Below are positions 34,161 through 44,527 of a DNA stretch of 64,000 nucleotides, piece by piece. The first letter of the stretch is position 1. Each line of letters begins with the position of its first letter. Origin of the DNA: Takakia lepidozioides. Taxonomy: Eukaryota > Plantae > Bryophyta. The notes under the pieces are model-generated. The model was not told where the DNA came from. It searched no databases and worked only from the letters and a program-made list of their open reading frames with translations. Made by a program: the position numbers and the translations under genes. The stretch lies in assembly GCA_030704615.1 (NCBI GenBank), contig CM060734.1, positions 42,470,001 to 42,534,000 on the forward strand. Reading direction: 5' to 3'.

Positions 34161-36786
34161 ACCGTATCAAGAAGTATTGCACTATTTAACAGGGTTCTTG
34201 ATTCTAGTAGCACCAGAACAAATTAGTACTACAACCCATGTGTGTGGGCTTGCTTATTTTTTGCTTACTGGGCCTTTTCAGGCATGGATTTTTGGACCTT
34301 GTGGCCTTTGAGGTATCCATTGGGACAGTGGTCTCATTTGGATTTTTGTAATATAATTTGCAGGGCGTGTATTCCCCAGTACTTGTCTATTTTGACTGTC
34401 ATTGTGGTTGCTAGTATGCAAGAGGGGTCCATTCTATTTTTATATCGGAATTTCACCATTTAATGAAGAATCTAGTTCTATGTTTTACACGATTATGTGT
34501 GTGATTGACTCTGGATAGAATAAATTAAACAATAATACCATTTAATAAAAATTTCCAAACTGCTATCCCCCTGTTTTTTAAAATGAAATATAAATTTAAT
34601 AATTTAAAATTATAAATATAAACTGTTAAGTTATTTTCAAATAACATTCTTGATGACACGTGGCATAAACCCTGCTCGAACTAGAATACGTGGCATTATA
34701 TGACAAGACATTCTTTTATCGATATTTTCACCACGTGTAAAGATAAGTAGTCATATATGCTAGTCATATATTTTGTCTAAGTGTCACATGTCACATCTGG
34801 AGTGCAACAGGTGTTGTGACGTATCGCTTGCGAAGTGGTGCACGTGTTCCTCTAGAGCCTCTCCATGTAGGCAACGCTCAGCACACAATGTAGTCATATA
34901 GTTAGTCATATGTAAGTCATAGAGTTGTGACTACATCACTCTCTTATGCATGACTCCAGGTGCCACGTACGCAGTCACGGCTATGACTTGCAAAACGCAG
35001 TCCTAAAGACTAGTCGCTATGACAGGGGTTTTTTCACTACAGAGTGATGTAGTCATGAACGCATATAGGACTGAAAAAATAGTCATATGTGCAGTCATAA
35101 AAACGCTTATCTGTTGTAGTGTGTATTCATTCCCTTTTGGCTTAAGTTTTGTGGTGGATGGTTGATCAAGCAAGTGATGCTTATGTGGAGCATGCTTCCC
35201 AAGTGTGGCTTCCAATTTCAAGCTTGAGGAGAGCTAGAAGGTAAAGGGAGCAAGTTGATTCCTTTGTGTACGAGGTGATGCATGTGTGGAGCATGCTTTT
35301 GGCTTGAGCTTTGCAATTTCAAGCTTGAGAGGAGTGGCTCTTGAGCTAGCAAGTGAATGGAGCTTGAATGACCAAGGCTTGAGAGGAGACAAGGCTTGGT
35401 GGCTTGCCAAAGGAGGTACAAGCTTGATTTGGAGTTCCAATGAGAAATTGAGCTTGTTGTGTGGCCAATGCATTGCTAGTTGAGTTGGAGACAAACTTGA
35501 GTAGCTTAAGGTGAAGAAGATCAAGGGAATTTGCCTTGGTACCCCATAGAATTCATGATGCTTGAGGGGATTAAGCATAGAGCCCCAAGGAGCACAAACC
35601 CTAGCTTGGTAAGGCTAAATCTCAAGGAAATAGAGGGGGAAGTGGCTAAAGCCTAGGGGAAAATGGCTAAACCCTGGGGGGAAATGAACTACTCTATGAG
35701 GGGGAAATGGCTATTCCTAAGGGGAATACAAGGGGAATACGTATAGGCCCAGGGGAATACTTGGGGAATACTATGGCATATTCTCAAGAATATTCCTAGG
35801 GAATTTTGGGAATTTATTGGGAACCCATTGGGAACCCATTGGGAACATGGTGATATAGGAAGAGTCCTTGGAGGACAGTTTGGAGGACCATAGGGAGTCC
35901 TTGGAGGACTGTTTGGGGTCCTGAGAGGACCCATTGGAGGACCATTGGGAGTCCTTGGAGGACCATTTGGAGTTCTTTGGAGGACTATTTGGGGTCCTTG
36001 GAGGCCAATATTTGGCGAGCTTGAGGAGTCTTTGGCGACTTGTGTGAGGGACTATTGGGGTCCTCGAGGGCTAAGTTTTGGCAAGCTTGGGGCCTTGGTG
36101 TACTGTTTTGGAGTCCCATCGTGCAAGGATTGGGAGCCTTAGTGAGATTGTTTGAGAGACATATTCTTGAGGGCTCCGGGAGAGTTATTTAAGAGACCCT
36201 TGAAAGGTAGTCTTGTCTGTTGTTCAAGCAAGAGAGTGTGGAGATAGGGTAGTGGATGAGAGCATGTTGTGATAGGAATTGCGTTAGTCTCTCTTCTTTG
36301 TAGTCTTCCACCCTCTCTATAGGCCAAAACCTTTCCGTAGGTGGAGGCAAGAGTCAGTCCGGGTTTGGGCTGGGGTGTCATTGCAGGAGCGACACTGTGG
36401 AGTATTTTTGATGTGGGGGAGTTGTTGTATTGATTTTCTTGTGTTTGGATCCTCTCCACACCGACATGCTTGACTGTGCGTCATGTTAGCTTTGTGTGGG
36501 CGCTTGTTTTTTTAGGAGGTTGGTCCGGATTTAATCCTAGAGCGTGCTGTCGGTGGTGAGGCTGGGGTGATGACCAGTCAGACCATCATTGTTTCTCTTA
36601 TGGTGAGGCTGGGTTGATGACCAACAGACCGTAGGAGTGCTTGCGGTGGATGCAGGTGCAGGTTTATGTTACGAACCTAGTAGTCTCAGCCATAAGCCGG
36701 AACAGGTTCTCTACTCGGTTATCTTGTGGAAAGGGGGATTAGAGACAGGTTTACAACATGTGTGGTTGTGAGTTTTTATCACGGAG

Positions 36787-38289
36787 GTGCCATCAGTTGC
36801 TGAGGAGAGTGCCGGTACGAGCACCAGCGATACTAGTGGGTATACAAGACGAGGTGTGCGGTTTAGGCCACCTTCACCTTCAGTGTCTTCTGAGGAAGGT
36901 TCAAACTCAGAGTTAGGAGGATTCTCGCCGAGGGTGCAAGCCATTTCCGTGCCATTGTTGTGGGACACGATGGAGGAGATGTATGGAGCTACCAAGGGGT
37001 CACGTAGGTACTCTGGAGCTGTGGGCACCATCGAGCTTGATGACTTCATATAAGAGTTTGATAGTTGGTGTGATTTGCAGCAGATGCGCAATCCACAACT
37101 GTTTACGCCTTTTATGGCGTGGAAGGGGCTGTTTCAGCACCTTGAGGGGCCGCCCATGGATGATTACCATGAGTTTAGGCGGGGACATGAGGTGGAGATT
37201 GAGGAATGGCGGGTATGTTGGTCACCTGACTATGTCTCCATCACTAGAGGCACAAGGGCAGTGGTGACACCGGCAGCTATATCGGCAGCTTCTGCAAGCA
37301 GCAGTGGGACGTCAAGTGGGACAGGAGCTGGGAAGTCCACCCAAGCTCCTGCTACAGCACTAACACCCGTGCCTGCCTTTAACCCAGTTGTGGAGTTCTT
37401 CGAGGAGTTAAGGAGAAACTACCAAGGGATAAGGACGGAGAAATTGCGGAGTTTGCAAGAGTTCCAACGAAAGCCTACCGACACTTTAAAGGAGGCTTAC
37501 ACTCGCATGAGGCGCTTGATAAACGTAACCCAAGGGGTTACAGAAGCTCAGGCAATCCAATTCTGGTATGGGATATTGGACAAAGAGCTGAGGAGAAGGG
37601 TGCGGGATGCAACTCTCCTACAAGTGGCCCAACCCACCTTAGCAAACGTGTTTTTGCTGGCAGAGCGGATAGAGCTCAATATGGTGGAGGAGCGAGTAGT
37701 CATGGTGGGGTTTGGTAAGGAGACACAACGAAGTGGGGCTCCTAGCTCAAGACAACAAGGGGGCTTAGGCGAAGCCTAGGGAAGGGTCGAGAGGATCTCA
37801 ATTGCATAGGTCACTTCCTTCATTCTCAGGCCAACAACAGTCGGGTGTGACATGTTGGGATTGTGGAGGACCCCATGTTAAGAGAGATTGCCCAGAGAGA
37901 GGCAAAGGGCCGGCACAGGCACAACCTACACAACTACAGTGTAGGCATTGTGGCAAGTATGGGCATGAAGAGACCCATTATTATGACTTGCATCCTGAGC
38001 TATGGACAGGCCAGTTCCAAGGGAACAATGGTGGCCGAGGACGAGGCAATGTAGTCTAGAGAGGTAGAGGAGGCAGAGGTCGTGGTGGAGGTCGTAACCA
38101 AAACCAAGGAGCACAGGGTCGCGGTCAAGGTCATGACCAAGGCATGGTAGATAGGCTTGCCTACAGCTAGAGCAACGTCTTGCTACCATGGCCACTACTC
38201 ATGTTATGCCTGCTTCAAGGCCTGAGGTTTAAGCCCCACCTGCACAACCTCCTATGCCTAGGGAAGACCAGATTGGTATGGGCTTCATG
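36787..38289 (+). pseudogene. gag: gag (stops/frameshifts)
   Basis: LQEFQRKPTDTLKEAYTRMRRL..FWYGILDKELR; knuckles CWDCGGPHVKRDC and CRHCGKYGHEETH; RG-rich tail. Confidence 0.8.
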
Positions 38290-39136
38290 CACTACAATAG
38301 ATCGCGGTAGTTATGACTGCCAAACCGTGGTAGTCATGGTTTTCATGACTTTGACCATGACTGCACCATGTTTTTATAAAAAATTGACCTCCCGCAGTCG
38401 TTCGTACGAATGTAATCATATGAACGACTATCTAAATAGTCGTCTGTATGATTACACGGCTCCGGAATGGGCGGAAGGCTGGTCAACGGCAATTGACTAG
38501 ATTTAGCTCACCATTCATAGTCATTTCCATGACTACAGTGTACATGGATGAGGTTACATAGTCATGATGACTACTGGGGATTTTGTAATTTGGTGTGTAT
38601 AATACAATTAAAACACCATATGATCATATGAATGACTAATGGGTGTATTGGTTAAAAGGTAGTGAACTATAACTCTTATAGTAAAGAGGTTGCAGGTTCA
38701 AACTCCTCTAAGTACAATCAAATGGATAAGATGGCCCTAGGGTTAGTAGGCGAGCTAGGGATAGCACGTGGTATCCTAGATGGACTGCCACGTGGTTTTT
38801 TCATTATTATAAAATGCATTATGCCACGTGGCACATTGCGGTGCGACGCGGCGTTTGACATATGTTTTTATTTTTCAATTTTTTTTAATTTAATTTAATT
38901 TTTTAAATCAATTGTGCTTCGCCACGTGGCCGGCAGCGGCAGCTGCAGTATGGTATATATGACTGCAGTGAGAGATATCACTTGGTTTATATGACTGTAG
39001 TCATCCGGACCGTACCATCTTGTACTCATTGTATTGACTTGGTTTGCACGACTTACAGTCATAGAAGTCATATGTACCGTTTATGACTGCAAAATAGTCA
39101 TATATACAGTCATAAATACCGTGATCTGTTGTAGGG
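38290..39136. mobile_element. Small non-autonomous CACTA element (847 bp)
   Basis: TIRs CACTACAATAGATCGCGGTAGTTATG and CCCTACAACAGATCACGGTATTTATG; TSD ATG (38287-89, 39137-39); ATGACT subterminal repeats. Confidence 0.9.
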
Positions 39137-39654
39137 ATGTGTGGAGCCGCACTTGCAGGACCATTGCATGTGGACTCTGCAGCTGCTGTCACTCGAGTCA
39201 AGAGGAGCGGATGTGGATTTTGATCCACAAAGAGAGGAAACAAGTCGGCAGACAAGGCTTCCACAGTCTTTCACATTGGCTGAGACAGTGCCAACTATGC
39301 CATCGATGGCACCCGCTCGCCCAAGTGTGTTAGAGGTAGAGCCACGAGTGCCATTGGGGAGAGTTGGTATGGCTCGGGAAATGCCAGTGGGTGGTACTGC
39401 AAAGCAAGGTGCAGCCAATACATTGTTGGGGGCGGCTACGGCAATTTGTCAAGCTTCATTGTTTTCTGCCATGTCAATTGCAATGTTGGGGATGCGACCA
39501 GCTGCAGTGTTTAGACTGGCAGTTGCACTCTCTGAGAGTGGTGATGCATCGACATTATCTGAGGGGATAGCAGATAAGATGCAATGCATGAATGCCCTGG
39601 ATTCAAGGGTGAAGATAGCCACAAGCTGCGCCATGGCAAGCGGCAGCTGCAAGG

Positions 39655-40026
39655 TTGCAGGAGTTGCCAGCTAGGTCAGCCATTGAGCGCAGTATGGTGA
39701 CTCCTGGGGTAGTCCTGGTGGACAATCAGGATGGTGTGTTTCAGTTGGGTGGCCCAGCCGAGAGGAGGTATAGGCCACTGCGAGTCTTGTTGGACTCGGG
39801 AGCACAGCCATTGATATTGGGGAGAGCAGCAATTGCAGGCTTGGGCCTTACAGAGGCAGATTTGGAGCCTTGCCCTTCCCAAATTCAAACATCTTTGGGC
39901 GGTTCAGAGAAGGCACGAGGGATTACACGCCATGAGCTCTTCATTCGATTGCAGCCAGATCATCCTATATATAGCGCTGTCATGAGAGCTCAAGCCATTG
40001 TTACGGACGCGATGTCTTATGATGTC
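39655..40026 (+). pseudogene. Retropepsin-like protease (3'-truncated)
   Basis: RVLLDSGAQPLILG..IQTSLGG..VTDAMSYDV, then an abrupt break. Confidence 0.85.
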
Positions 40027-40027
40027 A

Positions 40028-40288
40028 GCCTTGTATACGCTCATGAGCTTTCCTTTGTCTCATGTTTTTCGAGACAATGGTCCTACGTTGATTTGGGACA
40101 GTGTGCTACAGCAATTGGTGGAGCCCAATGCGGATGAGCGCGAGCCGGCAATGGGGTTTGCCACGGGCACTACAGCTGTGCCAGCTCTGTCAGAGGCATC
40201 ACGACGCCAGGTGTTGGGTCAGGCAATAGATCTCAATTGCTTGACATAGGTCATTGGCTTGTGCATGGCTGAGCAACGGAGATTGTAA
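40028..40288 (+). pseudogene. C5 DNA methyltransferase C-terminal part (motifs IX-X)
   Basis: ALYTLMSFPLSHVFRDNGPTLIWD..LVEPNADEREPAMGFATGTT..SEASRRQVLGQAIDLNCL, aligning by eye to DNMT3-type ELERIFGFP.HYT...RQKLLGRSW. Confidence 0.7.
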
Positions 40289-40699
40289 GCATTGGTGGCT
40301 ACTTCTGCACTTCCATTGGATATTGCACCATCTCTGCCAATCGGGACGGTGGAGGCAATGAGTGGGGGCAAGCACAGGATCATGGGGTGCAAACACCCAT
40401 GGCAGATGTGGGATGAGTGCGGAAAGAGAGAGTCCTTGGATCTCTCAAGCAGCAATATGAGGAGTGGGGAGAGCCATACACTGAGGATCAGTTAGAGGCC
40501 AAGGTGGCCAATGTTTTTGAAGAGGTTGAGCATGTTTCTTGCTCAGAGGATGTTCTCAAGGTGGCTATGGCGGAGCAAGTGGAGGCTACGCCACAGTCAG
40601 ATTGGGCGGACAAGGCCCAAGAGGTTGCTATCTAGCAACCAAAGGATTCGTCTCATACCTCCAAGCCTGGTGTACCCAAGGTTGTAGTCACTGAGGACA

Positions 40700-43412
40700 A
40701 TTGGGAACCAGATGTTGGACCTACAGTCACTGGAGGAGAGAGACGGAGGATCCAACGATTTCTAAGGGCTTATAGAAATTGTTTTGCCTTCAGTTTGAAG
40801 GATTTGGGGAGTTTGAAGGGTCAGGAGATTCGTATTGATTTGGCAAGTGACACGCCAATCTTTCGAAGGCCCTACCGGTATAGTGACATGGAGAGGTCAT
40901 TGATCCAGTCACGGACTATGGAGTTGTTCGAAGCTGGATTGGTGGAGTTGTCAGGCGGGGAGTATGCCTCGGCAATGGTGATGCCAGCTAAGAAGGATAT
41001 CTATGGCAATTGGACAAAAAGAAGGATGTGTGGGGACTATCGTCCTGTGAACCGTCAGACTAAGTCCGATAGATATGCCATGCCAACTCCAGAGGAGATC
41101 TTTGATGCCATTAGGCATGCAAAGGTGTTTAGCACATTGGACTTGCAATCCGGTTACCACCAGTTGCCAATCAAAGAGGCTGATAAGCAAAAGACGGCAT
41201 TCTGGGGGATTGACCAACATGGGAAGGATTGCTTGTACCAATGGCGGTGGATAGGATTCTCGCGGGGCTAGACTTCGCCCGGTGCTACATTGATGACATC
41301 ATCGTCTTTAGTGCTACGGTTGAGGAGCATGAGAGACACCTTCAGGTGGTGTTTGAGCGCTTGAGAGCGTACGGGTTGAAATTGCACCCTGGGAAGTGCA
41401 AGTTCTTCCACAACCAGATTGAGTATCTGGGCCACATGATATACCCTGGAGGATTGGGTGTTCAAAAGATAAAGGTGGAGGCCATTGCACGTATTCCACG
41501 CCCCATAGATGTTAGCAGAGTTCGTGCTTTCATGGGGTTGGCAAACTACTATCGACGGTTTGTCAAGGGATTTAGCAGCATTGCAAAGGCTCTTACCAAG
41601 TTGACCAAGGTGGGTCAGGAGTGGCTGTGGGAGGAGGAATAGGAGGAAGCCTTTGAGGAACTCAAGGCTCGATTGACTTCTGCACCTATTCTGAGGCGGC
41701 CTATTCGGGGGCAGCCTTTCCAGCTACATACGGATTGGAGTATGCTGGGGATTGGAGTAGTGCTCACACAGGTGGATGATGAGGGAAGAGAGTTCGTAGT
41801 GGCATTTGCTAGCCGCTCGAACAATGATGTCGAGGCGAAGTATAGTTCATATGAAGGGGAGTGTCTAGCTGCGGTATGGGTAGTGACACATTTCAGATGC
41901 TACCTCTATGACAATCTCTTCACCCTTGTCACGGATCACCAACCATTGAAGTGGTTGATAGAGTCAGACAAGCTTACAGGGAAGCTTGCACGGTGGGCAC
42001 TTATGCTTCAAGAGTACGACTTCCAAGTGGTGCATCGAGCCGGTATTGTCAATCGGGATGCAAATGGATTGAGTCGTAATCCATGCACGAGCGAGCACGA
42101 TGATACTGGAGCTCGGTGGCATGGTGAGACAGATGAGGAGATGGTGCCAGGATGGCATGCATCGTCCTTTTTGTGCATTCTAGCAATGGGAGCTCAAGCT
42201 GGTCTATCCCATGCGATTGGTCATGTAGATAGCGTGCATGACGATCCAGAGACTAGTGAGGAGTTTGGTGGTGCTAAGGATGTGCATGAAGATGCAGCAG
42301 TGTTGGCATACCTTCGTACCGGAGAGACAACGGCCAATGTGACTGCTAAGGAGAGGGATCGGGTCCTACAACAAGCTAAGAGGTTCAAGTGGGAGGAGAC
42401 TTACCTACTCCGGGTATGGGAGGATGGACAAGTGAGGATTGTGCCTCATCCAACACAACGAGTGCGATTGGTACGCCATGCCAATGAGGAGTTGGGACAT
42501 TTTGGGGTGCGGCGCACTCATAGTTTGCTGCAAGGGCAGTATTGGTGGCGGGGCATACACACGGATGTGCAACAGTTAGTGGCAAGGTGCATGGTGTGTG
42601 ATAGAGTGCGGGCTTCTTTCAATGCACCTACTCCACAATTGCATCATTTATCCATTATGGGTTTGGGCTATCGTTGGAGTCTTGACTTCGCAGGCCCATT
42701 GCCACTAACGATTTGCCATAACAAGTATGTGCTGGTGATGGTGGAACATTTCTCCAAGTGGATTGAACTGGTGGCATTGCCTGACAAGACAATGGAGGGG
42801 GCTGCGTATGCATTCTTAGATCGAGTGCTTAGCCAATTTGGTGCTCCAGCCGAGGTACTCACGGACCAGGGGAGAGAGTTCTTGGGGGAATTTCAGGCTT
42901 TGTGTGAGCAAGCCTTGATAGATCACCGCACTACTTCTCGGTTTCATCCCGAGGCTGATGGCTTGGCAGAGAGAGTTGTACAAACAGTCAAGCGAGGCTT
43001 GCGCAAGTATGGCTTGCAAAAGGGACACTTAGGAGATTGGGACCTTCAGCTATCTTGGTTGGCCATGGGCTACAGGTTTAGCAAACAAACATCACTTGCC
43101 TCGTTCTTGCCTTATTTCCTTCTCTTTGGCCGAGAGCCAGATTTGTCTGCATCGATTCGCAGGGAGACTGCAGTAGTCCTCAACCTTGATGATCCGGATT
43201 TGTGGACACAAGCATGTGCCGAGCGGGCAGAGTTGTTCAAGAGAGTCATGCCTATGGCTTTTGAGAACCTTGCTATTGCCCAACACCGAGACACATTGAG
43301 GTACGCCACTCTACGTCGAGAGGGATATCGGCCAAGTGTTCGGTGTTTCCACCCTGGGGACTATGTGTATCTGCAGCAGACAGCGCCTACGACCTTGGAT
43401 GTCACAGCATGA
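40700..43412 (+). pseudogene. pol: pol: RT, RNase H, integrase
   Basis: RMCGDYRPVN, LDLQSGYHQ, YIDDIIVF; LHTDWS, EGECLA, TDHQPL; LGHFG..CMVCDR, WSLDFAGP, TDQGREF, GLAER. Confidence 0.93.
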
Positions 43413-43580
43413 CGTGTGATTCTAAGGGTCAGGGAGGTGTTGCCTTCAGGAGTGTTGATTCTGGAAGGTCGAGACGGCATGGTATGGAAAGACCATGTGC
43501 GCAATTGTGCGCCATGTCACCTTCCACATGTAGATGGGAGGATAGATCCCAACCTTGCAGTGGTACCTGCAGGGTTGCGT

Positions 43581-43715
43581 TGCATGCTATGTGGGCATGC
43601 TGGTGGCGCCGTAACCATGTTGGTGTGTGACAAATGCTCAAGGGGGTGGCACATGGGATGCTTGACACCGTCACTTGAGGAGGTTCCTATCGGAGAATGG
43701 TTGTGTCCACGATGC
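43581..43715 (+). CDS. PHD finger at the integrase C-terminus
   Basis: CMLC..MLVCDKCSRGWHMGCLTPSLEEVPIGEWLCPRC (C4HC3), in the integrase frame after a single TGA at 43410-12. Confidence 0.92.
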
Positions 43716-43976
43716 CTTGGACAGAGGTAGTGGGCATGACAATGGTGAGGCGGACAAGTGATCCAAGGTCTAGCTAGTGGGGCTTCAATGCCATGAATAC
43801 TCAACTGAAGATCATGGATTGCATGAAGGCGACTAACGATGGGGCTACGTTTGCACCCGGCCTCTTGATCTATCGACTTCAGGTGTTGGGACTTGTGCAA
43901 TTGAAGACCAAGCGATGATCCTATTGAGATGGATACTTGTCAGCTATCCGGTGTTAGAGGGACCTAATCACCAGCT

Positions 43977-43987
43977 AGGGGGGCGAT
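43977..43987 (+). promoter_or_regulatory. Polypurine tract
   Basis: AGGGGGGCGAT directly before TG at 43988. Confidence 0.7.
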
Positions 43988-44527
43988 TGTGGCATAGCTT
44001 TCTAGGATTGTGTGCTTAGATTGTGTGGTGGACAACGATGTATGTTGTGGCACGATGCTTAGGTGCATGACAGTTGTCATGGTTTTAGTCATGGTTAACT
44101 AGAATTACCTACTTCTAGTTAACTAGGACATTTTTGATATTTATATTTGTATTTTGTGTGTTGGGACTTCATTTGGTCTCACATGCCAAGTGAGGTGTCA
44201 AACCTCACTTGGGACATGGGGATGGGTTTTCCCCTTGTGAGCGTTGAGGAGGGCTCATCTTCTTGTAGTTGAGCCTCCATGAGCCTCTCCCACCTCCATA
44301 GCTCTAGGTATTGAGAAGGAGTGTGGTGAGGGCTTTGTAGGGTGGATTCCTTTAGCAAAGGTGCCCTTGGCTTGACTTAGTTTATGTGATTGAGTGGATT
44401 CATGAGTGGAGTGTTTCCCTTGTGTTCACTTTCATTATCGATTGTGGCATAGCTTTCTAGGATTGTGTGCTTAGATTGTGTGGTGGACAGCGATGTATGT
44501 TGTGGCACAATACTTAGGTGCACAACA
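43988..44527 (+). repeat. 3' LTR region: 85-bp LTR-end copy + GT + 453-bp LTR (44075-44527)
   Basis: 43988-44072 is nearly identical to 44443-44527; TGTCATG...CACAACA termini. Confidence 0.75.

Larger units (their letters stand above)
30452..35121. mobile_element. Complete non-autonomous Pack-CACTA element (4670 bp)
   Basis: TIRs CACTACAAGAGATGAGCGTTTTTAGGACT and CACTACAACAGATAAGCGTTTTTATGACT; 3-bp TSD TGT (30449-51, 35122-24); ATGACTAC subterminal repeats; no transposase seen. Confidence 0.93.
8972..36460 (+). mobile_element. LTR-like host sequence (~2 kb when rejoined: 8972-9215, 30074-30451, 35125-36460) split by two younger insertions
   Basis: Starts TGTTAGGGC. Similar composition across both TSD-flanked insertions. 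Short GGAGGACCATTGGGA-type repeats at 35810-36070. Possible end ...CTCCACA at 36460. No TSD found. Confidence 0.45.
36461..44527 (+). mobile_element. Degenerate Ty3/Gypsy retrotransposon with DNMT remnant and PHD-finger integrase
   Basis: gag-PR-(DNMT C-terminus)-RT-RH-IN-PHD, PPT and 3' LTR. No matching 5' LTR directly upstream, so the left boundary is uncertain. Confidence 0.88.

Noticed and set aside
35125-36460. 5' LTR of the DNMT-PHD element
   Set aside because: No similarity to the 3' LTR (44075-44527) and no recognisable PBS.
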